DNA of 64,000 nucleotides. It comes from Lama guanicoe (taxonomy: Eukaryota). A program made the translations under genes and the position numbers. The stretch lies in assembly GCA_013239625.1 (NCBI GenBank), contig MU053594.1, forward strand, positions 522,355 through 586,354, given 5' to 3'. Below the pieces are notes generated by a model, which was not told where the DNA came from, made no database searches, and saw only the letters and a program-made list of their open reading frames with translations. Position 1 is the stretch's first letter. Each line of letters starts with the position of its first letter. This document shows, piece by piece, positions 40,031-50,504 of the stretch.

Positions 40031-40620
40031 ATTATTTGAGCACCTGTTATATACCTGGCATTATTCTAGGCCCTGGGAATACAACAGTAAACAGAACAGT
40101 GTCTCTGCCTTCTTGGACATTATGTCCTATTGAGGGGAGGCAGACAGATAAGTAGATAAATATGTAATATATTGATGAATGCAATGAAGAGAAATAAAGC
40201 AAAGTAAGGGAATAGAGAGTGATAGACGGGTGGCATTTTATTTAATCAGATGGTCAGAGAAGCCCTCCTTAAGGTGACATTTGGGTAGGACCTGAAGGAA
40301 GTGAGGGAGAGAGACGTGGGGTTGTTGGGGCGAACAATATTCTGGGTCAAAGCGGCAGCATGTGCAAAGGACAGGAAGCACGAGCATGCCTGGTGTTCAA
40401 AGAAGAGCATGCAGGCCAGGGCGGCTGGAGCTGAGGCCGGGGGAGGGGGCTCAGACATGGGGCTGAGGGAGCAGGCTGATTCATTCAGGGCCCTGGGGCA
40501 TCGGAGACTCGGGATTTGGTTCTATGGAGAGTGGGAAGCCAAAGGAAGGTTTCGAGCAGGGACGTGACATGCTCTGACTTATAAATTAATTCTGGCTGTT
40601 GTGAGTGGAGAGCAAACTGT
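40030..40620 (-). mobile_element. L2 fragment
   Basis: atttgagcacctgttatatacctggca...ggtgacatttgggtaggacctgaagga. Confidence 0.8.
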
Positions 40621-40700
40621 GAACTAGTTTTTAAATGCCTGTTATCATTTCTTGGCCACGATACATGCTGGATACCCACTGTGGTCCCTGTGGGGATTAC

Positions 40701-40837
40701 CTATAGCTGCAGCGAGGCGGTGTGAGGTTAGCTGCGGAGACAGTCTGACTGCTGAAGGGCGACAGGAGAGCAGCCTCCCTTAGGTGCGGTGGTGCGCATC
40801 CCAGCGGGTCCGGGGCGGGGAAGCGGGGTGTGGACGC
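40701..40837 (-). pseudogene. iGluR pseudo-exon, M3
   Basis: GVHTPLPR...MRTTAPKGGCSPVAL/VSAANLT..Y R|gtaatc. ANL core of SYTANLAAF retained; phase-2 donor; 137 nt; CpG-rich. Acceptor weak. Confidence 0.55.
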
Positions 40838-42107
40838 CTTAGCCTCTGGCCAGCGCTCTGTCTCCTGGTGATGAGCCTATCCTGTGTCTTGTCAGCCTTC
40901 AGTGGCAATTAGAGCCACTCGGGCTGGGCTGGACTATTTGCCGTGTTTGAAATTGGATCATAAAAATGAGAGATGATTACAAGTGCTTTAGAAAGACCAA
41001 GCATCATTAAGCCTCCCAGCTCTGCTCTCTGAAAAGCTTTCCACCTGGGCCACTTAGCTGAGCCACTTGGAGGCACAGAGCGGCGCCAGCAGCACCTTAA
41101 GTGGGAGGAGGGTTCCCACGGGAGGGGCTGAGGGATGACAGAGCAGAGTGTGGGACTGAAATCACTGTGTGAGCTTAAAAAATCAGGACCTGGAGTGGGG
41201 ACCAGCTGACTTGCTCCCTCAGTACACCAGCTCCCAAGGGGCATGGGGTGGGGAAGGGCTTGACTCTCTGGCCACAATCTCATTCTGTGTCCAGCCTCCT
41301 GTGTGGTCAGCTCTGTCATCGCAGGTCCATGAGGAGTCACCCCCACCTCCATCCCACCCCAGAGGATTACCTGCTCAGCCTCCCACCTCCTTCCTGTAGG
41401 TGTCATGTCTGCATCTGACTTTGGAGTGCCAAGCCACTGGGGTAAGTGGGCAGGAATTCCAGTAGGGTGGCCTGTTACCCTGGTTTATCTGGGACTTTCA
41501 GTGCTGAAACTGGGAAAGTCCTGGGCAAACCAGGACAAGTTCATCACTCTAGAGGGCTGCCTAGACTACGGGTTCGTTGAGAGCAGGGGCTGTGTTTTGT
41601 TGTTGGTTTGATAACCACTTTATTGAGATACAATTACCTGCCATCAATTGACCCATTTCAAAAGTACAGTTCAGTGAATTTTAGTATATTTACAGCTGTG
41701 TAACCATCATCATAATCAATTTTAGAGCATTTTCATCACCTTCAAATGCACCCCCATACCTATTAGAGCCCAAGACTGTCTTCATCTCATCTTGCTGGGG
41801 ACCCCACCGGCAGATTACATTCTCCGAGCTTTGCTTTTCTTCTCTGTAAGGTAAGGAGACCACACCAGATCTGACAACTTCCTCTGCTGTCCTGAGGATC
41901 TCTGCCTCCTAGCAGCGGTAATCAGGAATGTCCCCTCCGGTGGTCAGGTTTGGGAGACCTTCACCCAGGGCAGGACCCAGGGAAGTGAGTCAGTACATGA
42001 TGTGGGTCTGATGATGTCGGAAACTGAATGTTAGGAACTGCTTTGTTTGCCTTGGGGTTTTTATTGAATATCTACAAAGGAAAAGTCCACAAAAATGTAT
42101 TTCTTAC

Positions 42108-42465
42108 CTTGTAGTAATGCAGATGTCAGAAGTGGCCCAGAGAATTATCACCCGCTATCTGGCTTCAGGTGTGTTTATAACTTTCTCAAGGGTTTGGATT
42201 ATTTCAGAACTTAGATTCAAGCATGTGTTTGAAAATTTTGGTTTGATTTTATAGTCATCATTTCCCTCCAAAAGTAATTGTTCTCAATATGCTGCCCCAG
42301 TTGTCCCTGCTGCTCACCGCTACGTACACTGGAGCTGGGATGACTAGGGTTTCTTCAACATTCTGAGACTTTCTTTTCTGCCGGGGCTGGGGCGGAGTTC
42401 CGGGCTGGGGTGGGGAGTCGGAGCGTGAGCAGATGGAAACAGATCCTTTGGGTCCCAGCTCTTGT
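42108..42465 (-). pseudogene. iGluR pseudo-exon, S1 end, M1 and M2
   Basis: One open frame DLFPSAHAPTP...SLRMLKKP resembles GluD1 DLAISAITITP...SVGILIKKP; then APVYVAV..WGSILRTITFGG resembles APFDFAVWACIAAAIPVVG; ends DNSL..TSALLQ G|gtaaga, resembling NSMW..GSFVQQ G| with a strong phase-1 donor at the Q/R-site position. Confidence 0.7.
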
Positions 42466-42647
42466 CTGAAACTCACCAGGACAACCTAAAATACTTTAGG
42501 CAAAGTAATTTACCTTCCGGCCATTTCACCTACTGAAAAATGTACTTGTGGAAGAGATTTTTAGAATTCCTCTATCACCAACATTTCATAATATGAGGGG
42601 GCTTTGCTCCAGCTCATCTTTGTTCCTCTAGAGGGAACCTAGAGGCA

Positions 42648-42950
42648 ATGATTCTCCAAACTGATCATCACCCCACGCAAGGCTGGCTGGATAGTAATCA
42701 TCTGAGAGCTTATTAAAAATACAAATTCCAGGCTTCCAGGACCGGAGATTCTAATTTATGGGGTCTGGGATGGAACATGGGAAAATGTATCCTTTTTTTT
42801 TTGTTTGTTTGGGAAAAAAAAAACCCTCATTTACCAATTAAAAAAAATCTGTTTAAAATATATATTTTTGCTTCCTTACTGCCTCCCACCCTGCCCCAGA
42901 AATTTACTAAGGTGATTCTAACATATGTCTAGGTTTGGGAGCCATGCTTT
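42648..42950. mobile_element. MER5A-like MITE (interrupted)
   Basis: attctccaaact...gagcttattaaaaatacaaattccagg...aggtgattctaa...aggtttgggagcca. Confidence 0.65.
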
Positions 42951-43364
42951 TAGGTGAATATTACTGTATTTCAGTTCAACAAACCTTTATGAAATATCTA
43001 GTATGTGTGAGGTGTTTTGCCCAATAAGATGAGAAAGACACAATTTCTTCTTTAATTCACAGTGTGGTAGTGAAGGAAAACAGGTAAGCACTAATTATAC
43101 TCCAGTGTGGGAGATGCTATGATAAACACTCATGCTAGATACAGAGGAGGAAGTGATTACAGTGCACTGGAAATGAGAAGACAGGAGAGAGGGCTGGCGT
43201 GTGGACAGATCACGGTATAGGAAGAGGACACTATGCGGTCACAGGACTTGTTCTCTGTGTTTCAAAGCCTGGTTCTGGATAATAGCTGACTTTCTCTTAA
43301 AAAATGACTGAAACACTATAGTCATTCTAATTAAAGTCAGGGGTGACACAAGAATTGGCTGATG

Positions 43365-43790
43365 TGCTTTAGCATTGTTCTGGAAATTCTTGCTGATTTA
43401 TTATGTATGAGCTAGGATTAGGCAGTATAAATATGGAAAGGAGGAAATAAATTTTTTGGGGTTATCATATATTGATATCTGCTTGTGTGCTAGAAAACTC
43501 AAAAGAAAAAACTGAACAACTGTGAAAAGTAACACGACAGTTTAAATAGTTGAAAGCACAATGTAACACAAAAATCTATAAATCAGACAGCGGGTCAGTG
43601 GTGGCCTAGGAATGGGGTAGAAGGTTAGGAGGGAGTGAAGGCAAAAGGGCATGAGGAAATTTGGGGAAGTGATGGATATGTTCACTGCCTTAATTGTGAT
43701 GGTTTCATGGGTGTAACACGTGTCAAGTATATCAGATTCTCACCTTAAATTCATGCAGTTTATTGGATCTCAATAAAGCTCTAAAAACTC
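43365..43790 (+). mobile_element. Old L1 fragments
   Basis: attgttctggaaattcttgc and an L1ME-type 3' end (gggaagtgatggatatgttcac...ctcaataaagc). Confidence 0.65.
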
Positions 43791-44265
43791 TCAGTTATGT
43801 GCCATTCAGAAAGGGGAGGGAGGAGAGAGTTTCAAGTGGAACCCTGGGTGCCGGCTGCTGTGTGCATACCAAGAGGAAGAGGCTTCGTGCTTTATTTAAG
43901 CCTTCCAAATGGTGAGTGCAGGTTCTGTGAAGTTGGGCTCGGATGGTGTGATTCTGAGACCACGAGCTGTAAGGAACCACAGAGGCAGGACTGGATGACC
44001 GGGAACCCTGTGAGAAGAATGAGGGCCTCTAAAACTGGGTCGGTCTTGAGTTTGCAGGAGTCTTGTTGAGGCTGTAGGGGACCCTCCTGGGGATCCACAG
44101 TGTCTTGAAGATGGGTTGAGCCAATTGCATTCCCTCCTTGCCCCTGGGTTAAATTAAGTCTTTGGGGGAAACGGAGTGTTTCTATTCTTCCATAATGGGA
44201 TTTGGGTCAGTCTCTGTAAAGTATTGGCTTGAATGGACTGACCTCCTAATGGCCTGCAGTCTTAC

Positions 44266-44385
44266 AATCACCAGAGACTTGGAGTGTACTGTTCACAAGC
44301 GTGACACTTCAGTAATGCATCCTCCTGTTGACAACCGCAAGCTTGCAGAATTCCAGACTTCAGTGTCTGTGTGTTCTGGCTCATG
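44266..44385 (-). pseudogene. iGluR pseudo-exon, S1 first half (partly deleted)
   Basis: Starts HEP (cf. EEP) after a pyrimidine tract; internal G-FC-KLAVV resembles GFC/GFSIDVL; ends SLVI|gtaaga in phase 0 (cf. GELVFK|). Weak similarity. Confidence 0.4.
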
Positions 44386-44474
44386 TGAAAACAAATAAAA
44401 AGCAAGAAGCCAGGGTGGGAGAGTGGGAGTGAAATCCTCACTGACATCCCCCTCTGTGGCTCTGCGGGCGACAA

Positions 44475-44656
44475 GCCCCAGACACCTATTGATCAGCCTG
44501 ACAGCGTTGATGGGGCTTCTGCGTTCTATTGATGAGGCTGTCTTCTGCTCTAGCCTGCTCTGCACTAGTCCTCACATCCCCCGGCCAGTCCAGTGCCGGG
44601 CACCAACAGGCTGAGCCCACATGGTTGTTGATCTCAGTTGAAGTCTCCAGTCAGTC
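44475..44656 (-). pseudogene. iGluR pseudo-exon, ATD end and linker
   Basis: tttgtttccacttgtctgttggcag| then GLTGDFN (iGluR GLTG..F motif), frameshifted NNHV...GDVR...STLSG*SIGV resembling GluD NPNV...KDMRK...SRLQGLTLKV. Confidence 0.5.
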
Positions 44657-45899
44657 CTGCCAACAGACAAGTGGAAACAAAGCCTAAAACACCACTCCTC
44701 AGAAAACAAAATTGTCTGCACCACAGAGCCGACTATACCAGAGCGGATAGCCCAGAAGCCCCTGTGCCCAGTCTGGGTCTTTGGGGGTAAACTCAGGGGA
44801 AGCTCCAGGCAGTGACAGGGCTTCAGAGTCCCTGAGTGTCTACGGCATCCTTAGTAGGAAGAGGGTCTGGCTGGTGGCTTAAATGGAAACTTCCTTTTTT
44901 TTTCTGTATAAAGGATGGTCTCAGTATCCTGGAGACATGATTTTTCTGCAAAGCAGTGGGACTAAAGTTAGCTTTATGGGCTCCCAACTCAGAGACCCTC
45001 ATTTTGGTCTCTCCCGTTCTGCTTTAGTAGTGGATTCCCGCCAGAAGACCCGCGTCAAGGGGCACATACGGACCTGGAGCGCTGGAGGAGGTCCATTAAG
45101 GGGAAGCCACCAGCCGTCACTGTCATCCCTGGTGGTCCACCCCTCACTCATTAATCCAGGTGCCGTCTCGTTTATGTGTTCATTCAGGAAATGCGTATTA
45201 AGCAGGCATTCTCTGAGAAGAACTCGGCTCTAGGGTGCAGCGAAGACATGAGGTCCCCCTGGGGCTCACCTTGCTCGCTGAGCCCGCCTGCTTCTTGGCG
45301 CTCAACCCACGTCCTGGCTCCAAATCCACGTTCACCGGGTGCCAATCACAGTCACCGCGGCTGTCCCTCCGGCTCGCCAAGCTTCAGCCTAGCTCAGGCT
45401 CTTGTGTTTGCAGTACCGTCTCCCTAAAGCTTCATGAGACGGATTCCTTTTCCTCGTGCAGCTAGAAGGTACTTCATTACTTTCCTAGAGAGGCAAACAC
45501 AGCCACCCTCAGATGCCCTTGTTACTCCGAATTCACCTTGTAGTATCTGTTCAGCACTGTACTGTTTGCTTCCCTCCCTCTGAATGTTAGCTCCATGAGA
45601 GCAGGGGCCCTTTTTGCTCTCTTTATGGTTTCTCCCTGGAACGTGGCAAACAGTAGGCGCTCCAGAAATACGCCGCGGCTGAACGCATCACTAGCTGGGT
45701 TTCCATTACCTCACCTGGCCACTAGGGGCGCTCTGCTCACCCAGAGAGACGGGCCTTCTAACCTTACCCCGGTCCGTCTAAGTTGACATGCTTGGAAAGA
45801 AAATTTACAAAGCAAAGGTGAAAAGCTCAGTATATTTCAAAAGCTGACTAGTTAACCAAATGGGTATCCTAAGGTGACCTAAACACTCATGGGTGTCTT

Positions 45900-46267
45900 G
45901 GCTGACACTGATCCTGGTTGATCCCGCTTGAATGGGACTTCAGGCCAGCTGCTGCGAGTCACTGCCAGATTCAGAGGGACTTTCAGGCCTGCTGCCCAGC
46001 CTCCTCTCTTGATGAGGATTCAGGATGTGCTTTCTGGCCCTGGGTTGCTACGTATAATCCCTCTGCAGCTGTCCTGGCCTCTTGGGCCGACCGGGGCTTG
46101 TGCTGTGGGCATAGTAGCTTCCAGAAATGTCTTGGGCTCCCGGCTGTCCAGCAGAGAACAGCAGACATCTGTAATGCATATTCTGGAGTCTCTGACTCTG
46201 GTCCTTCTAGTCTCCCTGTCCGCATCACGTCCACTAGCTGGTTCATGGATGATTTGGATGAAATCTG
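45900..46267 (-). pseudogene. iGluR pseudo-exon, delta-like ATD segment
   Basis: Open frame (ORF 45983..46246) QISSKSSMNQLVDVMRTGRL...LCWTAGSPRHFWKLLCPQHKPRSAQEARTAAEGLYV resembles GluD2 EINDVDVQELVRRSIGRL...[31 protein letters not shown], with both Cys, GRL, LC, AQ and LY retained. The 3' boundary is uncertain. Confidence 0.65.
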
Positions 46268-46394
46268 ACTTGTTTCCCTACCTGGTCTAAGCCAGTGCCT
46301 GGCCCAGATGCCCCGGTGGCCTCATGGCCTGGAAATGAAAGAAGGCCACTCCCTTTGTGGAAACTTGGGATGTTGGTTACTGAACTCTTCTTCT

Positions 46395-46528
46395 TTTAAT
46401 TTTATTTTTTGGGGGTTAGGTAATTAGGTTTACTTATTTATTTATGTTTAGAGGAGGTACGGGGGATTGAACCCAGGACCTGGCTATGCTAAGCATGTGC
46501 TCTAGCACTTGAACTATACCCTCCCCCC
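46395..46528 (-). mobile_element. Vic-1-like SINE
   Basis: ggaggtacgggggattgaacccaggacc...tgctaagcatgtgctcta...ctataccctcccc. Confidence 0.85.
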
Positions 46529-48837
46529 AAGAACTTTCCTGAGTTTCATTTTCCTCAGCTGTAAAGTGGAGGTGATAACTCTTGCCTCGTGAAGTTTTGT
46601 GAGATCCAAAGAGATAATAAATGCACAGGACCTGGCAAAAAGCGAGGAAAAGGTAGAGATGGTTGTCCTGACAAAGATCCCCAGGCCGGCAGGGTGGCAC
46701 AGGGCGAGGACATTGCACTTGGAGTCAGGACCTGGGTTGGAGCCTGACCCTGGGTGACCTTAACCAAGTATTCCCGTGTGTGATCCAGACCCTCTTAGGC
46801 TCTGCTCTGCCAGATTTTGCGGCTGGTGTGGTCTGAAAACGACCGGGAGCTGGAGAGCTGCTTTTACGGAGTGAGAAGGGAGATGGCCAGCCTTGCTTTG
46901 GGGCTGAGGGCTGCAGGCAATGCAGCCCCAACCTTGAGGTGATGTTTCAGCAATGTGCAGATTGGGGGAGGTCACCTGATTCATGAAAGCAACTCCGAGA
47001 AATCTCTGAAGCGAAAACCCTGTTGACAGTAAGTCCACAGGAGTTTTCAAAGCCTCTGAGAAAGTGGAGGGTTTTTTTGTTTTTGTTTTTTGCTTTGGTT
47101 ATGATAGAGGCAGCAGGGTGCAGGGACAGCTGAGGAATGTCTCTCAGGCATTAGAGAGAAACCAGGCTGGTTTGCTGGGGCTGGCCCAGGCTCTCCTGTG
47201 CTCTCTGCTGTCACAAGCAACGAGCGCTCTTCTCTGTCTGCATCCTCAGGAAACAGAGTGTAAACAAGTGGGTTAAAGCCAGGTCAGCTCACGCCAGGTG
47301 CTGCAGGGGACAGGTCTGGGCATCTTGGGAATCATCTAAGCCCCACTCCCTTCCTCCTTCCATGAACTGGAGATGATGGTGTGACCACCCTTGCCTTTCC
47401 CAGAATGGGGGGCAATCAGGGAGACCGAAAAAGTGCCTTCTGCACTTGGAAGGAAAGATGCATGACTCTTGGTGTAACTTCTGGCTAAAGGGCACCCACT
47501 TTCATTGCAGGAGAAGGGACCCAAGAGACTGACTGACTGACTGACTTATTTATTTCTTAATTTGTCTATTTATCTATTTATTTATTTCCATACTTCACCT
47601 CAATTTAGCAAGCATTTATTGGCTCCTATTCTTGGTAATGCAAAAATGAATAGAATGGCTTCTTTGGCCCCTTAGAATTCACATTCTAAGTCCTCACTGT
47701 CGCCCCTTGGATATTGTCACATCCCAGCTCCACTTACTATCCTCTATATGAAAGTTTCGGAGACCTCTTAGCATTCTTTGTGCATTCCAACCTCCTCGAC
47801 CTGCTACGTGTTTTATTTCACATAATCTTCATAATGACATGGGGTTGGTATTTTAAGCATCACTTGGCAGGTGCGGGCACAGAGGCTCGGAGATGTCTCT
47901 GGTGGGGTGGAGCCCACGCGAGTGTGACGAAGGGGTGGTGCTCCTCCAGAGGACCTGGAGGGCTTCGCAGAGGATGTGACACCTGCCTAGATTTTCATGG
48001 ACAAGTTGAAGGTCACTGCATGGGCAAGACGGCAAGGGGGTTCCAAGCAGACAAAAAGCTGAGAGGTGGGAATCAGCAACTGGTGCCGTGGAAACAGGGG
48101 GAAGTTACAGCTGCAGTTTGGAAAAGTCAGGAAGGCCCTTGTGTTCCAGGCTGAGGAACTCGGCTTCATTCTGGGGCAATGCCGGGTGTGTGTGCATATG
48201 GCATGCTCGTGCGGGTGGCGGTGTTTACTCTGCGCAGAATCACCCATGGGTTACAGATTCGATCACTGCTCTGATGAGGACAGATACTGCAGAGGGAGAT
48301 GGGGCTGGTGGTGGACAGACCAGCTGGGAGGTGATCACGACTGTTCAGTATATTAACTAATGTTTACTGAGCACTCATCCCATGCCGGGCACGGGGCTGA
48401 GCACCTGACTGGCATTAGCTCAGAAATGTTGCAATAACCCCTGAGGTGAGTAGTGTTATTCCCAGTGTTACCTACAGGGAAACCGAAATTCGTAAAGGTT
48501 GAATAATTTGCATAAGATCACACAGCCAGCAGCATAAACTGGGATTTAAACACAGCTCCCCCGACCAGGTTCCAAATCCTTGGCCGACATTACCAAGTAT
48601 GACAAGGGCCTTTATTGGACAGAGACAATGGGGTCAAAAGTAGGGGGAAAGTCCAAGGAATATTTACGAGGTAAAGCCAGTTGATTTGGTGAGTGGATGG
48701 GTGTAGGGAAGGAGCAAAAGGGAGATGCTTCTCCAGGTGACTCTGGAGTCTGAAGAAAGGAAAGGATTTATGGAAACAGTACTGTTTTTTCTGAGCCCAG
48801 ATTCAGCTGGTGTAGATGTGGCTTGAGCCTGACCCAC

Positions 48838-49112
48838 CAACACACGAACTGTTTGTCTCCTTTATAACGGATCAGCAATCCATTTACACTCTCCTCTGAT
48901 CAATAAGAAAAATGTGACCAGGACAAGCCAAGATGAGCGCCCTGCCTGAGGACCCCAGCCCCTTCCCCAGGTTGTTATTGATCCAGGTGACCTGCTCTCT
49001 TTGGATATGGTCCATGACTAAGCCCCTGACAGCATTATCATCCAAGTCACTTTTCTCCACCTGGGATCATGACCGCAAGACATCACACTTTCTGGCTATC
49101 CATCTGTCAACT
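48838..49112 (-). pseudogene. iGluR pseudo-exon, ATD lower lobe
   Basis: cattttcttttcggatag| ... ttg|gtgggt. RKCDVLRS*SQVEKSDLDDNAVRGLVMDHIQREQVTWINNNL...GRALILACP resembles GluD1 RLGLDVSLQKVDKN...[23 protein letters not shown]. Confidence 0.6.
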
Positions 49113-49323
49113 CTATCCGAAAAGAAAATGAGGTGCACCAAGCGTGATGAGGTCTAGATGGACCTGCGATGAGGATCACTGCATCTCTTCCCGAGGACTC
49201 CACAGTCACCTGTTTAATAAGCAGCCCTAGAGCTTTCCCTGGGATGGACAGTAGGCATGTCTCCTAATCCTTTCAGAAAACCAAGGTGTTTGTTGTTTCT
49301 CGCCCCTTTTCAACAGCATTTAG

Positions 49324-49621
49324 CAAATTCTAACAGAGCGCTTGCTACGCAGCAGGTATGTCTCCAGTTCCTTTTTGCCTTCTGTGGGATTCTTCAAGGA
49401 TTGCCCAACGGCAAGGCAGCGCTCTGCATGTTATCCACAAGCCGTGGAATCCAACTCTTTTGGTGCAAGAGGGTTGGACTCATTTTAACAACCCATGTGC
49501 TGCTGGATTCGTCAGTTCTCCTCATTAACGCTCATACTGGATGTTCTAATATGAGGACTGTTGTCCTGGACGGAAAGATAGAAGCTGAACAGGGCTTTCT
49601 GTTAATTTTAAGCCACCAGTC
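49324..49621 (-). pseudogene. iGluR pseudo-exon, ATD (GRID exon-3-like)
   Basis: Acceptor tcctgtcctactag|. Frameshifted peptide GLVA*...DNSPHIRT.../SSTWVVKMSPTLLHQKSWIPRLVDNMQ...NWRHTCCV..LEF. PHIRT resembles kainate PHIQT; WVVKMSP resembles AMPA FVIQMRP; RLV resembles GluD MLRLVTELRW. Donor decayed. Confidence 0.55.
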
Positions 49622-49761
49622 CTAGTAGGACAGGAGGACACTGATAACTAATACTTTTTGAGAGATTTCCCCTCTGCCAGGGTTTTTTTTTTTTTAATGC
49701 GTCATTCCATGTAATCCTCACAACAAACTCACAGTGTAAGAACTATTATTCCCATCTTTCG

Positions 49762-49809
49762 GGTGAGGAAACTGAGGTTCAGAGAGGTGAGGAAACTGAG
49801 GTTCAGAGA
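49762..49809 (+). repeat. Perfect 24-bp tandem duplication within a MIR
   Basis: ggtgaggaaactgaggttcagaga twice. Confidence 0.95.
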
Positions 49810-50297
49810 GGTTAGGAAAACTGCCCGAGGTCACACAGCCAGCACTTCAGAGGTGGATCTGGCCCTTCTGGGTTCTCATTGCACCGACTTTGCCCAGGAA
49901 GTCTTTTGTGTTGTCTCCTTCTGGCTTCAGCCTTGCTGGCATTATACTTAAAAGTTTGTATCATTCCTTTGTATTCATCCTGTGCAACCACATTTCCTCC
50001 ATATCAGAGTCATTTGCAATTGTACTGTCAGAATTTCATTTTGGAAAGTCATCCCTCCAGAGCTGTCTTTCTTGAGAATATGAGGTCATGGGATCAGCCT
50101 GCCTTTCCTCCAAAGGTTTTGCAATCTGCCTTCATAAAGACTAAGGTACATGTCAGATCGTGCTCTGCTTTTTTCTCCATGAATAGTATGACCTTTAAGA
50201 TGACCTGGCTACTGTTTCTCAGGCTTTCTCTCCCTGTACCTTCTCCAAGCAGTTTGCCCTCGTTGGAGCTGAATTAAGTGCAAAATAGATGTCTCAC

Positions 50298-50450
50298 CCT
50301 GTCCCCAACCTCTGTTTTCTGAGAAATCAAACTGCCAAGGCAGAACACGAATGTATTGAATGTTCCCTGCTTTTACCCATGGTGATAGTTGCTGCAATGA
50401 AAAGTAGCTGTAAATAAAATTGATTAGGTAACTTAGAATAGGAAATATTT
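50298..50450 (-). pseudogene. iGluR pseudo-exon, ATD start (GRID exon-2-like)
   Basis: cctgcag|...CAG G|gtgaga; 153 nt, phase 1 to phase 1, open: IFPILSYLINFIYSYFSLQQLSPWVKAGNIQYIRVLPWQFDFSENRGWGQ. KAGNIQY-IRVL resembles GluD QSEKITYSIKVI. Confidence 0.5.
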
Positions 50451-50504
50451 CTGCAGGTTTTTTTTAAATGGATTTTTCTTTTAAGATTTCTGGGAAATCT
50501 GTTT

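Larger units (their letters stand above)
37480..50450 (-). pseudogene. Decayed multi-exon pseudogene of an ionotropic glutamate receptor, delta (GluD/GRID)-like
   Basis: Eleven repeat-free blocks on the minus strand translate, with stops and frameshifts, to peptides resembling successive iGluR segments in the correct order: ATD, S1, M1-M2, M3, S2, M4. Several have AG/GT boundaries. Compared by eye with remembered GluD1/GluD2/AMPA/kainate sequences. Confidence 0.72.

Noticed and set aside
45270..45470. Minus-strand exon ending caag|gtgagc inside the fossil span
   Set aside because: Overlaps L2-like sequence and has no iGluR similarity in any frame.
45716..45733. CTCF-like TGGCCACTAGGGGCGCT
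   Set aside because: One base short in the G-run of the core, so spacing does not fit the consensus.
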